Source: Chrysomallon squamiferum (taxonomy: Eukaryota > Animalia > Mollusca). From it: 64,000 nucleotides of DNA. Each line of letters begins with the position of its first letter. Position 1 is the stretch's first letter. Both the position numbers and the translations under genes were made by a program. Below, in pieces: positions 1-27,820 of this stretch. The stretch covers positions 15,004,001-15,068,000 of the forward strand of contig CM022679.1 of the NCBI GenBank assembly GCA_012295275.1, written 5' to 3'. The notes beneath the pieces were generated by a model. That model did not search any database. It had not been told where the DNA came from and saw nothing but the letters and a program-made list of their open reading frames with translations.

Positions 1-547
1 AATAATAAATTAAATCTGAAACTTGAGTGCAGTATTTGTATACTGTAGAAATTAAATATAGCATTTGCAATGTAGAAAATCTTGTTGCAATTAGATTCAG
101 GTGGTGAGATGGATATGGAGTAACTGGTAAATGTTTGTTGACAACTATAATATGTTGTATAAGTAACAAGAGTAATATATTATAATATAAAACAAAATGT
201 AATGTCATGGTTACTAAATAATTATTATTTAAATGCTACCAGCTATTTCTTTGTGATGTAGGTATTTGGAGTGATGTGGGGGTTTTTTGTTCGGTTTTTT
301 TTGATGGTTTTTTTTTATCTTTTATTTAAATTTGTAAACTAATTTTATACTAACTGTATTCATTCAAACTTTGTGTATCTACTTGTATACTTGACTAATA
401 TCAATTACTGTTAATAACTACGTCCATCTATGTCTTCACAATTTGTGTGTGTTTGTGTTTGTGTAAAAGACAACAAAAACTTATAGGTAACAACAAAGAC
501 TTAGTGATAAGAATAACAGATTTACAGGTAAAAATCAAAAGACTTAC

Positions 548-12988
<12,441 letters not shown>

Positions 12989-13076
12989 ATCTGAGTAACA
13001 AAAGCTGGTCTTCTATTATTAAAAAATAAAAATAATTTCATATGTAATGTTTTGTTTATTTCATTTTCACGATACA

Positions 13077-13122
13077 TTTCCCGCGATTTCGTGACGCGCC
13101 ATCTTTGCCGGGAGATAACTCT
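13077..13122 (-). promoter_or_regulatory. Putative CHTF18 promoter with E2F-like, YY1-like and GGGAGATAACTC motifs
   Basis: Small CpG cluster about 90-135 bp upstream of the ATG in AT-rich DNA: TTTCCCGCG (13077-13085, E2F consensus TTTSSCGC), CGCCATCTT (13097-13105, YY1 consensus) and GGGAGATAACTCT (13110-13122). An E2F site fits an S-phase gene. Confidence 0.55.
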
Positions 13123-13314
13123 AACCCTTTTTATTTATTTTTTTTTTCCCCGTAATTTTATATACAACATTTTTATTTTTTTATTTTGTTGCTGTTGTTC
13201 TGTTTTAGAAGAAAAAAAATCGGTGTCACTGTATACCATCAGTTATATTTTTATAATGAGTGATCGCGATATCCGTTTCATTTCTTGAAAAAATCGGACC
13301 AAATTGAATATGTA

Positions 13315-13383
<69 letters not shown>

Positions 13384-13433
13384 GTCAAGCTTGTATGTAG
13401 TCATCTTAAAAACATTTTATTTATTTTATATTT

Positions 13434-13473
<40 letters not shown>

Positions 13474-16323
13474 TTATTTGTTGTTGTCATAAAATCTTAA
13501 TCCTTATTTGAATAGGCAAATCACATATTTTAAAGTTATATATACTGTTTTCCTGATCACTAAATCAGTTAAACAAAGATGGAAGAAACATTTTGTTAAT
13601 CTTTTCTAATCAATACGTTGCAATATGGTGGCATCATGATATCATAAGTACAAGTTTATTTAACTAGCACATGCATTTTGGTATAATGACCAATAATTAA
13701 AATAAGTATTATTTACATTCCACTAACTAAACATCACCACTCTGTTTCAAACATACCTATAATTTATGCATAATAAAAGGTAAGATTTGAACTTTCTTCA
13801 CGCTGATATAAGATGCAGTCAAAACTTGTAAAAATGTTCATGAATCCTCAATAATGAACTTGTTAGTGACCACTTTTGACTCAGTATTTTAATGTCTTCA
13901 TACACATCAAAAGTAATTATTATAAACAACTAAAAATGCAGAGAGATAGAGAACTGTGAGCGTATCTTGAATCTAAAAAGAATTGTAACCGAAAAACATC
14001 AGGAATCTGAAGAAGAAAGACTGACTGAGTTTGACAATGAAAAAACACAACAAGATGCTGTTGTGCTATGTACTACTGATACACCACAGATTTTCTGAAA
14101 CACTTATTCCTGAGTATCCCCTGGATGGGCATTCATATAACTGTCCAGCTGTCTCTGCCAGAGGATACTTGAGATATTGTTCCTCATGCCTGTTTAGATT
14201 ATCAGTTTTTCTGCCACATAAGTGATAAGATGTCACAGAATAAAAATTTCATCAATACACCTTTCAGAAACCAAATGCATGCCCCTCCTGTCTGTAAGGC
14301 ATTGTGAACTGCTAGAAACTTTAAACATAATAAATTTAATCCATTCTAAACTAGACCATCATTATCCAGAAAACAAAATCAGTGATGCTGTAATTGACCC
14401 TAGAAAATCGTTTGTGTGAATTTACAGTGGTAAAAATTTCAATATAGTACATGGTAAACCAGTGCTGATGTAGGCAATTATTGATTTACTACAGGCTTCC
14501 TCGCCATTCAGAAAATCATGGTGAGTACGAGCAGAAACTTGTTTCAATCTCGAAAATTCCCAAAACACCCAGCACCGAACATGTTTATAAAGGTATAAAA
14601 TGTATCCATTTTTTAATCAAATGGTCACATTTTTAACATTTAAATAATGAGTTTTAAGGGTGTATGAAAATTTTATAAAAAGATTTTATTTAAATTACCC
14701 AATATTTTAATTTACTTGAGCCTGTCATAGGTTAACATTAAAATATAATGGGTAAAAATAAAATTAAAAAAAAATGTCTTGAAAATATATTTCAGTGTAA
14801 GAGAATCACCACTAATTTCAGAAATAAATAGTTGGTATGAAATGTAAACTAAACTAAAACCACGGTAATTAAATTTGTAATATATCACACACACACACAC
14901 AATATGAATGTAAACAATAATAATCAAAAGTTTGAAAAATCAACATTAACTCCTATTAATTTTAAATCGCCAGTTTACTATTATTAGTTTCTAAAAATTC
15001 ATTCCTCATTATATTTGAAAAAATCAAACAACATTTCTCAGTGAGACAAATAACATTTTATTTTGAACAACCACACATACAAACATCTTTACATTTTTAT
15101 ATTTACTTACCACTACATGATAATAATTTTTTTAAATATAAATCTTTTTACAGTACACTGCTTTTCACTCATTCTGTAAAGAGATAAATCACATCACAAT
15201 ACAAATAGTCCAATAGATATACATTCTTTCCCTGATAATATATGCACTGCTCCTTGAGTAGGCAATAAAAAGTAAACCTGTCTTAAGCCAAATCCAATAA
15301 AATTTTAAAAAGGTTCATAATTAATAATAATTCAATAAAACTTGACAGACCACTGTTAGTTACATAAATGAAACATTTCACAAGGCATAATTAATATCAT
15401 TTATAAATGAGAAGTCCTTAGTAAATATGTAATAATCGTACAGATACATTGATAAACATACATGCACAAATGCACATGAATTCACATGCATAAATGCCAA
15501 AAATAAAACCTTAGAAACATTTGATAAAGTTAACTAGAAATATTACACATAAATAAAAGTTTATTTTCATTTTCCATACACATTTGTACAAATAATAAAT
15601 ACCAGTATTTAAATAATAAACAAACAGGCAATGTTTGTTTAATTTTTTTCACATATATACATACCTACACATTCAAACATTCCTGTAATGTTCACATTAT
15701 TTTAGATGCAGAACATATTAATTTACTTGTGTATTTTTTTTATTATATAAACGTTCATACTGCAAAATAAATCATTTACAAATATTGGAAAATTAATTGT
15801 AAAAAAGTTTGATTATCACTTTGAAAATTAATACATACACATACAAGTATTTAAATAATTCAAAGTAATTACATACATTTTTATCCACATATCTTAAACT
15901 AATACAGAAATAAATACAGAAATTCACTTAAAACAGTTTCTCAATCTAATATCACTGCATAGCTTTCTCAAATCTGTAATATCACCATTTATCACATAAA
16001 CACATATCCTGTTAATTAATCATTCCAATTAATCTGAAGCAATGATGTCTGCCTCAGTATAAAATATCCATGAACATAATTCAAGGAAATAAACAAATTT
16101 ATGATTGTTGGTGAAAATATTGCTCTACTAGTTTTGGAAGAAAAATTTCTTCATTATAATCCAAGATTTGCAGCTTTTGTGATTCTTCCAGAAGAAAATA
16201 GGAGATACTTGTATGTTGTTCCTCTTGCAGTACAAAACCCTTGATTCTCATAGATACGGACATACATAGCTTTTTTGAAACAGTAATCCATATAAAAAAA
16301 GTTATGTAAATGATTGGTAAGTG

Positions 16324-18329
16324 CTAGCTGTGAGGGAAAGACTTTGTTCTAGTAGTCCTAGACAGGTGAGCATCAAAGAGAAGCTGATTAGAGTGGAAGT
16401 AGTATGGGTTTGCAGACTCGTCCAGTTCCGGGTCATAAACTGTGACCTCCTCCATACTGTCACCTGCCACCTGCATGTTTGGTCTACAGTCTGGGAGGCT
16501 GTTGTTGTTGTTCTCAACCCTGCTGTAGCTGGCTACACTTATCTGCTGACCATTTACTTGACCAGGTTGACATGGTGTGCTGTTCACCGACCAGTGTATA
16601 TCTCTTGTTTGATTACCATCTGTTTGAGAACTGCATTCTCCACAGTGGCCCTGATAATAACAGAATTTTAATTTTATTCACTTATTAAATAGAAATAAAT
16701 ACCTCATAATTGAGATTTTAAATTAGAAACAAATTTTTGCCATATTTGATCCTAAATCTAGATTTAAAAAAATATATATCAGTAATGCCAACATATTAAA
16801 ATTTTCATTAAACGACTGTCTTGTTTTAGCAAAACAGATGTCTGCATTAATACATAATTTTAATAAATTTAACAAACAACGATGGGTTTCTTATTTTAAA
16901 TACACCATCAACAGATATTTTTTAACACTGACTGCAGGTTTACCATACACTCATTCTTACTACAGTTGTGATGTTAAATGTTAAAACTGAGAAGGCTGAA
17001 ATCATATTTAATACCTTATAATGTCTCAGAGGAGTCCACAATTCCCAGTTCTTTGAACTGTTGAATTGTTATAATAACCAATTTACATATAGTTATTTTA
17101 AAGATATCAGTAGAAATCCAGTTCTGCTAAAATGTCTAAATATATATGTAGTTATATAAATGTTTGAGATTATATTCACACATAACATCAGTGCCACTTA
17201 TTTCTCCAATCTCCTTACAGAAACTAATTTGTAATTCAAAGATTAAGACTTACTTGCTTAGATGCATCATCTTCTAAATTTTGTCTTGTGGGTCTGAAAA
17301 TATTTAACCAGTTATTCAGTAAAATTGTTTTAGTATTTAATAATAACATAATTATTTATTTAAATATTAATTATAAAACAAAAGGTAGATATATATTATA
17401 GATTAAATGCAGAAAATCCATTTCAAATAATTTAAATGTTTTACTGTTTTAATGTTTAAATTTGTTATTATGTCTTAATTTTATGTAAGAAAAAAAACCT
17501 TTTTAGTGCTCTGTTAAATAAATATTGTCCCAAACATAATTTTATTTTTATAGAAATAAGCTAGATTACATTTTGTAACTGTAAGTACATGTTCACAACA
17601 TGAAAAATTGTTCAACTGTTAACTGCAAAGTTGTACATGATCCTACAGATAACAAAATTTGTAATAGTATTAATACTTTATATGTAATCTGTTAATCCTC
17701 TTTGATATGGGCAGACAATCATCACAGTCTTCTTCAAGATCACTTCGGGATCTCTTCTGCCCCATTCTAAAATAAAAAATATTAAAAAATGTATTTGAAT
17801 AAAAATAATAATAAAGTAAGTAATATTTGTTTCCAAACAGTATATGAATTTATTAATAATAATAATAGTAATAAGTATTAACTTTTTTTGTTTAAATATT
17901 ACCATTTAAATACATATTTTAAACTATAGCTTCAGTGTGGTCAAGTGCAATAACTGAATAAGCTTTAAAAAGATATTTGTATTTTACTTTTGTGATTTAT
18001 TTATTTTCGCTTTGAAAATTAAAGTGAACGCCATTTTCGATTGAACTGTTAGACATGCATAAGGAATTTTGCAGTCAGCCTTAAAGAGGGTAAAAATTCA
18101 AATGTTATTGCCAGCATTTAATCATAAATTATTTTCCGCATACTTTCACTATTTCTGCTTACTGAAGTCAGACTCAAAGTCTGATTCTAAATGATAAACG
18201 CATTATCAAATCGTCTATGAATATTTATTGTAATTTGCAAACAATTTGCTCGATTATACTAAAACGAAAATAGAAATAAATATTCAACAAGGAATGAAAT
18301 GTACTGAAGGCATACCCAACTGCAGCCAT
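16324..18329 (-). CDS. Small FAM104/VCF-like protein (putative p97/VCP nuclear cofactor), about 156 aa. Exons: 18316-18329, 17677-17766, 17254-17293, 16324-16650
   Basis: Phase-consistent GT-AG splicing gives MAAVGMGQKRSRSDLEEDCDDCLPISKRINRLHIKPTRQ..., a low-complexity middle, then YDPELDESANPYYFHSNQLLFDAHLSRTTRTKSFPHS*. The N-terminal basic NLS-like patch plus a C-terminal Y..xNQxLxxAH helix resembles FAM104. Gene structure is well supported; the family call is moderate. Confidence 0.7.
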
Positions 18330-20398
18330 TTTCAAATTCACTTTTCAATAGTTCACTCGCATTACAAGGCATATTTTCGTCTGTGGATAGGGAGAAATCG
18401 TTCAATATAGACAATTTCAGGGAAGACAATTCTAATTTTGTTGTGGGGGAAGTAACTCCAAAGCAAGTAATTTGCTGTTATAAACTAAAGCGGGGTATAA
18501 TTATTATTATGATAAACAGAAAAGTACTAAATTTTATTATTATTATTATTAAAAACTCTTTCATTCATAATTTTTGTGGGTTCTTTTTTTTTTTTTTTTT
18601 TTTTTGGTTTTGTTTCATGAAGAATATAAACATATTGACAAAGTGCTAAAATGCGGAATGATAAAACAATTACTAGTGAGCTTCCTTCAGTAACAGTTTA
18701 AAAACAGATGCAGTTTAGCTAATACCGAACTTATAGTACAAATATTATATTCTGCATATTCATTTTTAAATATCATTTTATTAAACTTCTCACTTTAAGT
18801 TTTATTTATCCATTCTTATAAACAGGGCAGCTTTTTCAACTTTAAATATCAGATGTAGTAAGTCCCAAAAATAAATAAATAAATAAATAAATAAAATAAA
18901 GATAAAATCCACATATGAACGTAATCAAATTGTTTTAAACAATTGATTTAATTGTTTTATATTCAATTAAACATTTGAAATAAACAAAACTTTCTTCGGT
19001 TATCGTGACAGAAAATAATCCAAAAATTAATTCTGCATAGCGGAGATGGTAATTATTATCTATCTATGCTTTTTAATAGGAATATTACTAGCTGTTTCAC
19101 AGAAAAATAAGTTAATACCAGCACAAAAAATCTACGGTACAGTTAATTAAAATGAAAACGGTAAATGTTTTACCGGTACAACCAAAAAATAACAGCCTGT
19201 ACTTACCATAAAGTTCCAACATCCCCAACATCCTTGACTCGTTGGTTAAATAATTAAACCAAAGTCAGATAATTTTTTTTTTTTCGAGAATTCAAGTCGT
19301 GCTCACGGAATAAAAGTTAGTTTCGAACAGACAATTTCTAAATTTTGTAGATGATGATGATGATGATTAACAATTCTTTTGCGATTACCAGATCAGCATT
19401 TTTTTGTATTTATTTTTTTGTATTTATTTATTTTATAATATGTGTGCATCCATTCTTTGTTTATTGGTATGTTAATATTGTGCCTGTCAATTCTGTCGGT
19501 CTCTTTAATAAAATAAATAAATACATAATAAATAAAGGATTTGAATTGTATACAAACCTTACTGCTTTCGTAATAAATTTCTGATTAAATACTTCTAACT
19601 TGGGCTGCTTTATTTGGGCTGTTGTTTTATAAACGAACACAAAAGGTAGCTGATACCAGTATGATATGCCTCAGGTTTCGTGATTTTGTTAGGGCTTTTA
19701 TATCATCATATTCTAATTTTAAAAAACTTTGACATATATGTTCATTTAATACAGCACATGAACACCCATAGACATTCATGAACGATATATATATATATGT
19801 GAATGTAATTGTCTCCGTACTTACCTATTTCTCTGTATAAGTGTATGCTAGTTTTGATCTCCATGTTTTTCCGCGTGCGGCGGTATAGATAATGAACAAT
19901 GCGTATCAATTAAAAAGTCACATATTTTTGTTTTGCAACTTTTTTCTCTCAGTTTCATCACTGTGATATAATAAAAGTCAAGGAACGGAATCAGTTATGG
20001 AATGCTCAACTTATTGACCTAGAGGAAACGATTCAGTCGCCGAAAAATACCGAAACACACATTTATCTAGCAGACGATTACTGTTTTTATTTTTACTTTT
20101 TTTAATTCTTATTTCTTCTTCTTCTTCTTAATGATATTATTATTATTATTGATTTTTTAAAAATTATTTTGTTTTTCCTGTAGACAATAATCCAGTCTTT
20201 GCATGTTTCAACATTGTTAGTTGAAATCATATTAAAGGTTAACATGATACTTATGTTTTAATAAGATCGACCTAGCATTTTCTCGGGATTGCTGTGTCCA
20301 GCTCCAAAAGCTATCGAAGATAATATATATTTTTCTCTCCTTTATGGTCGAAACTGTTTACTTCCATTTTCTGAGATCACACTAAACACACACACACA

Positions 20399-20431
<33 letters not shown>

Positions 20432-21625
20432 TTACGTGAAACACTAATAAACACATGTTGTTAATAATATTTATTTCAGTTTGGGAAGTCAAATGGAATT
20501 ATAACATTCGTTAGATATACACTTAAATCAAAACAAATAAATAACCTTTGCATAATTCACTGAAAAGATACAAATATAATAAATATAATATTAATAATAA
20601 TAATAATAATAATAATGATAATAATAATAATAATAATAATGGAGCAATCATTTTGAAAACTGTTGAAATATCATAAGAAGGTATTACAAATAATAATGGA
20701 ATTATCTTCTTTAAATTTATAATAAAATATATGTGTAATTTGGATTACAAACATCCACTATTGTTAGTAATTTAGAAAAACATTATCGCAAATATAAAAC
20801 CAGAAAACATTAAATGAGAAAAAAAAAGCTAGAAAAAAAAAAGATTATGTAATATTATGCATAAAAGTAACTGATGTAATAGTTACTTTTAAAAAATGTG
20901 CATTCATACGTTTGTTTATCAACAAAAATAAATAAAATAATAACTAATAAATACTATTAAATATTTCCACACCATTTCACTGTGACAATAACACTAATAT
21001 TCGATTAACAGCGCTTTTTAAAATTGCAAAGCTTAACACTCAACCAAAGAAAAAACACTAGAATAATATTAACACGTAACGTTAAAATCCTGTAATAAAA
21101 TGACAAAGCAGGTCTGTGATTTCTGTAAAGATTATTGTAATGGAAGACAATTCAAAATTGGTTACAAGTAACTGTTAAAACCCAGCGCTATCTTCTAGCC
21201 AAACTAAACCTAAGGATTCCGCTGAAGAAGTTTATTAAGGCACAGATAAGAGATGAAGCATTCTGTGGACCGACCTTCAATAAACGGCTGAAAGGTCAAA
21301 TATAACGGAATAAATGTTTAAACTTTTTTTTTATAATTATAATTAGCCATATAGTTCTAAAGCAGCAGGAACTAAAAATGCTTTAAACATTTTGTTGTTG
21401 CTCCTTTCTTCTTTCTTTATTTGTTTAGCGCGCTAGTGATTGTAATATGTACACTATGTCATAAGGAGGCAATGACCCTTTCAAGCAGGAAAACCAGTTA
21501 AAACAACTCACAAAAGCAATCAAAGTTTCAGCATAACAGAACACAATATTAGTAATAACCCTACCATAATGCCGAACCCTTAAGCTGCATTAAAACAGAG
21601 AAATGCTAATTTATTTTAAATAAAC

Positions 21626-22713
<1,088 letters not shown>

Positions 22714-23103
22714 CTGAAGGATGAAAACAAACAGAGTGAGTACAGTCTTCAATGCCAAATTTGTAACGGAACAGCAAACCATTAAGCGAATTCTCATAAA
22801 GATAAAAGGAATTTATCATTAATTTAAATTGGATCAATTTTAATTTTATGAGACCAGAACAGTAACCTGTAAATGTTAAAATTCCCAATTCTCTACGATG
22901 AGCAACCTCAGTCTATGCTTGTAATGTATAATAAGTAATGCCACAACTCGGTTAAAACTGACTAACCATTTCCTATTGTTGTTGTTTTTGTTTTGTTTGT
23001 TTGTTTTTTGTCCCCCCCTCCTCCGCCATTAAATAAATACAAATACTGAAGCAATGAATACATGAAGAATGTGCTTTCCAAAGGTTCTCTTTTGATGATG
23101 ATG

Positions 23104-23144
<41 letters not shown>

Positions 23145-23562
23145 GTTTTGTACTTTGATGTTTGAATGATGATTCCATTGCTTTCAATGAAAAATAATTC
23201 ACAGAAAATAATGTAACGTTTAAAATATGACTGACGTTTATTATTTTACATAACTCACGAGTCGCATGATGTAGCAATTTAAACATTTAAATTATGAAAG
23301 AAAAACATATTTTTTTGTTCTTTTTTCCCCTATCATTCATTTTCAAAAATAAATAAATAAGCAAATACTTGAGCAGTGAAATCTGAAATGAAACCACAAA
23401 TTAGTAAAATATAACAGAACTGTTACCACCAGTGAATGTTACTGAATTCGAAAGAAAAACAGACCGAATCTTTTTTTTTTATAAACAAACTATTTTCTTT
23501 CGTTCATTATTACTGTACTACTCCTACGAGTAATAATAATAATAGTAATAGTAGTAGTAATG

Positions 23563-23620
<58 letters not shown>

Positions 23621-24088
23621 TAACAGCAACAACAGTAACAAAACCAATAACAACAATAACAATAAGAACAACACTGCGGTTTTTCAGAGCATACGTAAAC
23701 GATTAAAAAAAAAAAAAAAAAAACCCTAAAAATTAAAAAATTAAAATCCCCAGATCTTTGTGTTTATATCTGAAACAAAAAATACACTAAATTAAAAAAA
23801 ACAAATGAAGCAAATGGTTAAAACTCACTTTTAAAAAGGTTGCTGAAGTCAGAAAAAACTGCAGAACTCGCATTTAATGTGCAGTATAACGTGTTCGATC
23901 TTAACAAAGTCCTTTAGCATGTGAGTCACTTTTTCTGACAAATAAATCAATACGAACACGAATTGAGGTCGCGAGCGCTCGAGCTTCTATTCGTCTGCTT
24001 TTCGGTGGAAGTGAACTTTTGGCCACCTTGCAACCAAAGTGATTCCACAGAAGGATTAGTTAATGCTTCCTTGAACGACCTAACTTAA

Positions 24089-24148
<60 letters not shown>

Positions 24149-24333
24149 TATTATTATTATTATTAGTGGTAGTAGTAGTAGTAGTAGTAGCTGTAGTAGC
24201 AGCAGCAGCAGTAGTAGTAGTTTTGTTTTTTCAAAGTGGTGATAAATGACAAAAATAAAGTAAGTAAATAAAAACAAATAAATAAAATACATTATTTTTC
24301 CAGATGAGAAAATAAATGTGTTGTATGTGTGTC

Positions 24334-24368
<35 letters not shown>

Positions 24369-26716
24369 TCGTAATTCCTATTATGTTAAAATTTGTATTT
24401 AAATAATCATTTTTATTATTTCATCTTATTTTATTTTATTGTTAATTAATTAAAATTTATTAAAAATATATATATATATATTTTTTTTGAATTTATTTAT
24501 TTATTGTGTTTATGTTTTAACTACATATATTTTATCTTATCTTTATTTTATTTTCATTTAGTATCCTCCTCTTCCTACTCACCATTATAGTCATCATCAT
24601 AATCATCATCATTATTACTATTATTATTATATCTTTTTCTTTGAAAAGCCTAACAGCCCTTCTTACTTATTTCATTTTATTCCTCGCAAAATTAAAAGGG
24701 TTTTGATTTAGCTGTTGTAAGAGTTTTAAAAAGTCTGAAAAGGTGTAGTTAAAATATTAAGGGCCCCAGTGGATCTAAAAAAACAACAACAATGTTTTGC
24801 AGATAGAAATTAACATACTCCACAAATGTAATAATATTTTATGTTTCTAAAAATGATTATCGTAAATTAGTACGATTTCATTCGTATATATCATCATAAA
24901 ATAACACTTATAGTCATTACTATTTATTTGTAACTTGCAAATTTATCATAATTAGACGTGTTTGCGATAATGTCATTCATTTTATCAAAAGCAAAGTTCA
25001 TAATCAACAATAAATTATGTAATAAAAAAAAGTTCGTAAAGGATATTAAATGTGTGCAAACCAACAAAACTGGTAATTAATTCAGTGATATTCAAACATC
25101 AATTAAATACCACATGTGCCCGAGAGAGAGAGAGAGAGTTTTATATGTGTACATTAATTAGTTAAACGAAATTAAAAAAATAAGAATATATAATAATTTT
25201 AAAAATAATAATATGAATTTATAATAATTTTAAAATCATCTGTCGGGGAAATTGCAAACATGTATTAAGTACAGAAGACCAGAGAAATATTGAAACTAGA
25301 GATTTTTTCAAATTAAAGTACATCTCGCAAAAACAAACACTCAAATTTTTTAAGTCAAGGGCATTTCATGAGTCGTATGTTTGGTTAGTTGATTTTGTCC
25401 TAATTTGATAGCCACGTATTTATCTCAAAGTACAACGATTGTTGAAAAAGATAATTTGAAGACGACAATACTTTAGACTGTTATTTGATATTATTAGTAT
25501 TATTAAGCGAGTTGAGCATTTAGGTACTTGAGGACCACACATTAAGTCAAATAATTCCTAACAAAAAAAAAAAAAAGTATATCATTTTTTTCATTTTTTT
25601 TCTTTGCTTGTTCACTTACTCGTTTCGTCTTTTTTGTTAATATGATATATTATTTATTGCTTTTGTTGACTTTAAATTCTAAGATTTTTTTATTTAAAAA
25701 CAAAATAATAATAATAAAAATATATAAAATCAGTATAAAAGACCTGACTTATCTCTTTTATCTGTTTCTTGCACCCACTTTTTTATTTCGTTTTCACCCC
25801 GACAATAATTTAACAATGTGTTAACGTGTAAATTACGTCAGAGAAATATGCGTTCTTTGTATACTAGCACACTGCTACTTAAAATGGTGAATGAAACAGA
25901 CAGGACGAATGATTTACTGAACTGAGATAGTTTCTTCTATAATTAAAGTGGGTAGTAAGAACTTCCTGCTTTTAATGGCCGATGAGCTGAATATTTAATA
26001 CGTTTTTTTCGGTCCAGCTTAATCAAACTTAATCAAACTTTTCAAACTGGATTATTTTTGTGCAAATGCGTGCATATTAAACTAAAATTATAATTTGGTA
26101 AATGATTAATGTATTAACTTCTCTAATTGGCAATGTTCCTCGTGTCAGAACCCAAAAGAAAAAAAACATTCAGTTGTAATTTGTATTTTTTTCCGGTGAC
26201 ATAATTTGTGACGTTACGAATTATTGTTCCTGTTGGTCCGACTACTGTTAGTTTTGTTTTCTTCTGAGTAGAATTTTCCAGAGAAAAACAGCGGAAAAAA
26301 AAAAAAAAAAAAAAAAGGTTTAAAAAACCGGCTTCATGCATATGTGTGAGAACGATTGATCGCGCGATTTCATATATTTTCATACATTTTCATACATTTT
26401 CACACATTTTTGGTTATTTGGTCCAGCATTTTCGAGTATCGCACCACGAGTTAAAAACAGTTTGAACAATTTCACTTAACAAAATGCAAATGAACATGAG
26501 GGCACCAACACACACACACACACACACACATCGATATCTCTCTGTCTGTGTCTCTCAATTCTACCTTCAGTACTGAGCACCAATAAGGAATGCTAGGAAG
26601 CAAGGTTGTTTTGATAAAGAAAAAACAACGAAGTGACTGTAATAACTGGTGTCCAAGTGTTCAGTTGGCGGGCCGGGCTGAAAATATTGAACACTGGTTT
26701 TTAGACTGCCCTATCT

Positions 26717-27820
26717 GGTGTCTTCCCATCTGCTAGAATTCCCAGTTCGTATAATTCCCATTTCGTAGAAAAAACTCGTCTACCGCAATACCTGATTACT
26801 TCTGGATATAATGAACTTGGCCTGTATATACATCTGGTTTCTTTCTAACATTCAGAAGCGAGCGCATTGTTCCTAAATCAGTTATGTAACAGCAACATCA
26901 CTACTCATTTTTTACTTTTTCATTATTATCATCATCACCTACCTCCTCCTCATTATCATCATCATAATCATATTTGCATACTTTATGCGATAAGCGATAT
27001 CCATACTACAACAATACCTCAGATTAAAAATGTAATTGGTTCCAAATTTCCGATAGTTAAGTGAGGTATCGTTAAGCGGGAGACTAATTTACACAGAATT
27101 AAGGTTAAAAGCAGTGGTTACTTTCTCGCTGATGAAATTTGACATAAAAAAAGAGGTGAAATAAGGAGAAATAAAACGGCAGTTGAGACATAAATGATTT
27201 AATAGATTATAGATATTAAGTAAACAGTAAATCATTACAAATCAAGTTTATACAAATACATTAAGAAATAATTATATGCCGCTCATTGTGGGTTCGTTTT
27301 TGTGGGTTTTGGTTTCATTTAAGATAATGTATTTTGTTTCTAAAGTTATTGTCTTCTGTTTCTTTTTATCATCAGCATTTGCCAGTATACTGTTATTCGT
27401 TTTGAGATATTGGAACGGTAAATTACAAAAGAGTTTAAGTCTAAATCGAAGCAGAAGAGAAAAGAGAATCAGAATATCATATGTGACGTGTCAACAGATC
27501 AACACAGCTGGCAGAAGCTCGTGAATGAACGAAAAACGAATGAAAACGGACTTAAAAGCATGCATTGCATACATTTGTATCATTTATTTCGAACAATTAA
27601 AGATTAAATTTCTATTTATATAATTTGTAAAGAAAAAAAATCGTTAAAGCGGGATATCGTTAAGCGAGATATTACTGTATTTATACAATAATAATCGCTT
27701 TCCAAATAATCTAGAACAGTTCATTATAATGACTGAGGTAAAAACATGTATGTCAATAAGACCACTGAACCACATTTAGCCTTTCGACGAACTGGGAATT
27801 CTACCAGATGGGAGTAAGCC
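26717..27820. mobile_element. Non-autonomous DNA transposon with TIRs and an 8-9 bp TSD (Mutator- or hAT-like)
   Basis: Left GGTGTCTTCCCATCTGCTAGAATTCCCAGTTCGT is the inverse of right ACGAACTGGGAATTCTACCAGATGGGAGTAAGCC. Flanked by direct repeat CCCTATCT(G) at 26709-26716 and 27821-27828. Subterminal repeats AATTCCCA(G/T)TTCGTA on the left arm. Confidence 0.8.
26980..27677. mobile_element. Probable Tc1/mariner (pogo/Tigger-like) MITE nested in the previous element; left end degraded
   Basis: Right end ATCGTTAAAGCGGGATATCGTTAAGCGAGATATTACTG|TA has the CAGT terminus plus TA of this superfamily. A related motif GTATCGTTAAGCGGG lies near 27066. The left boundary is approximate. Confidence 0.45.

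Noticed and set aside
16321-16671. Plus-strand 116-aa ORF
   Set aside because: Antisense to the last exon of the FAM104-like gene; non-ATG start and no motif.
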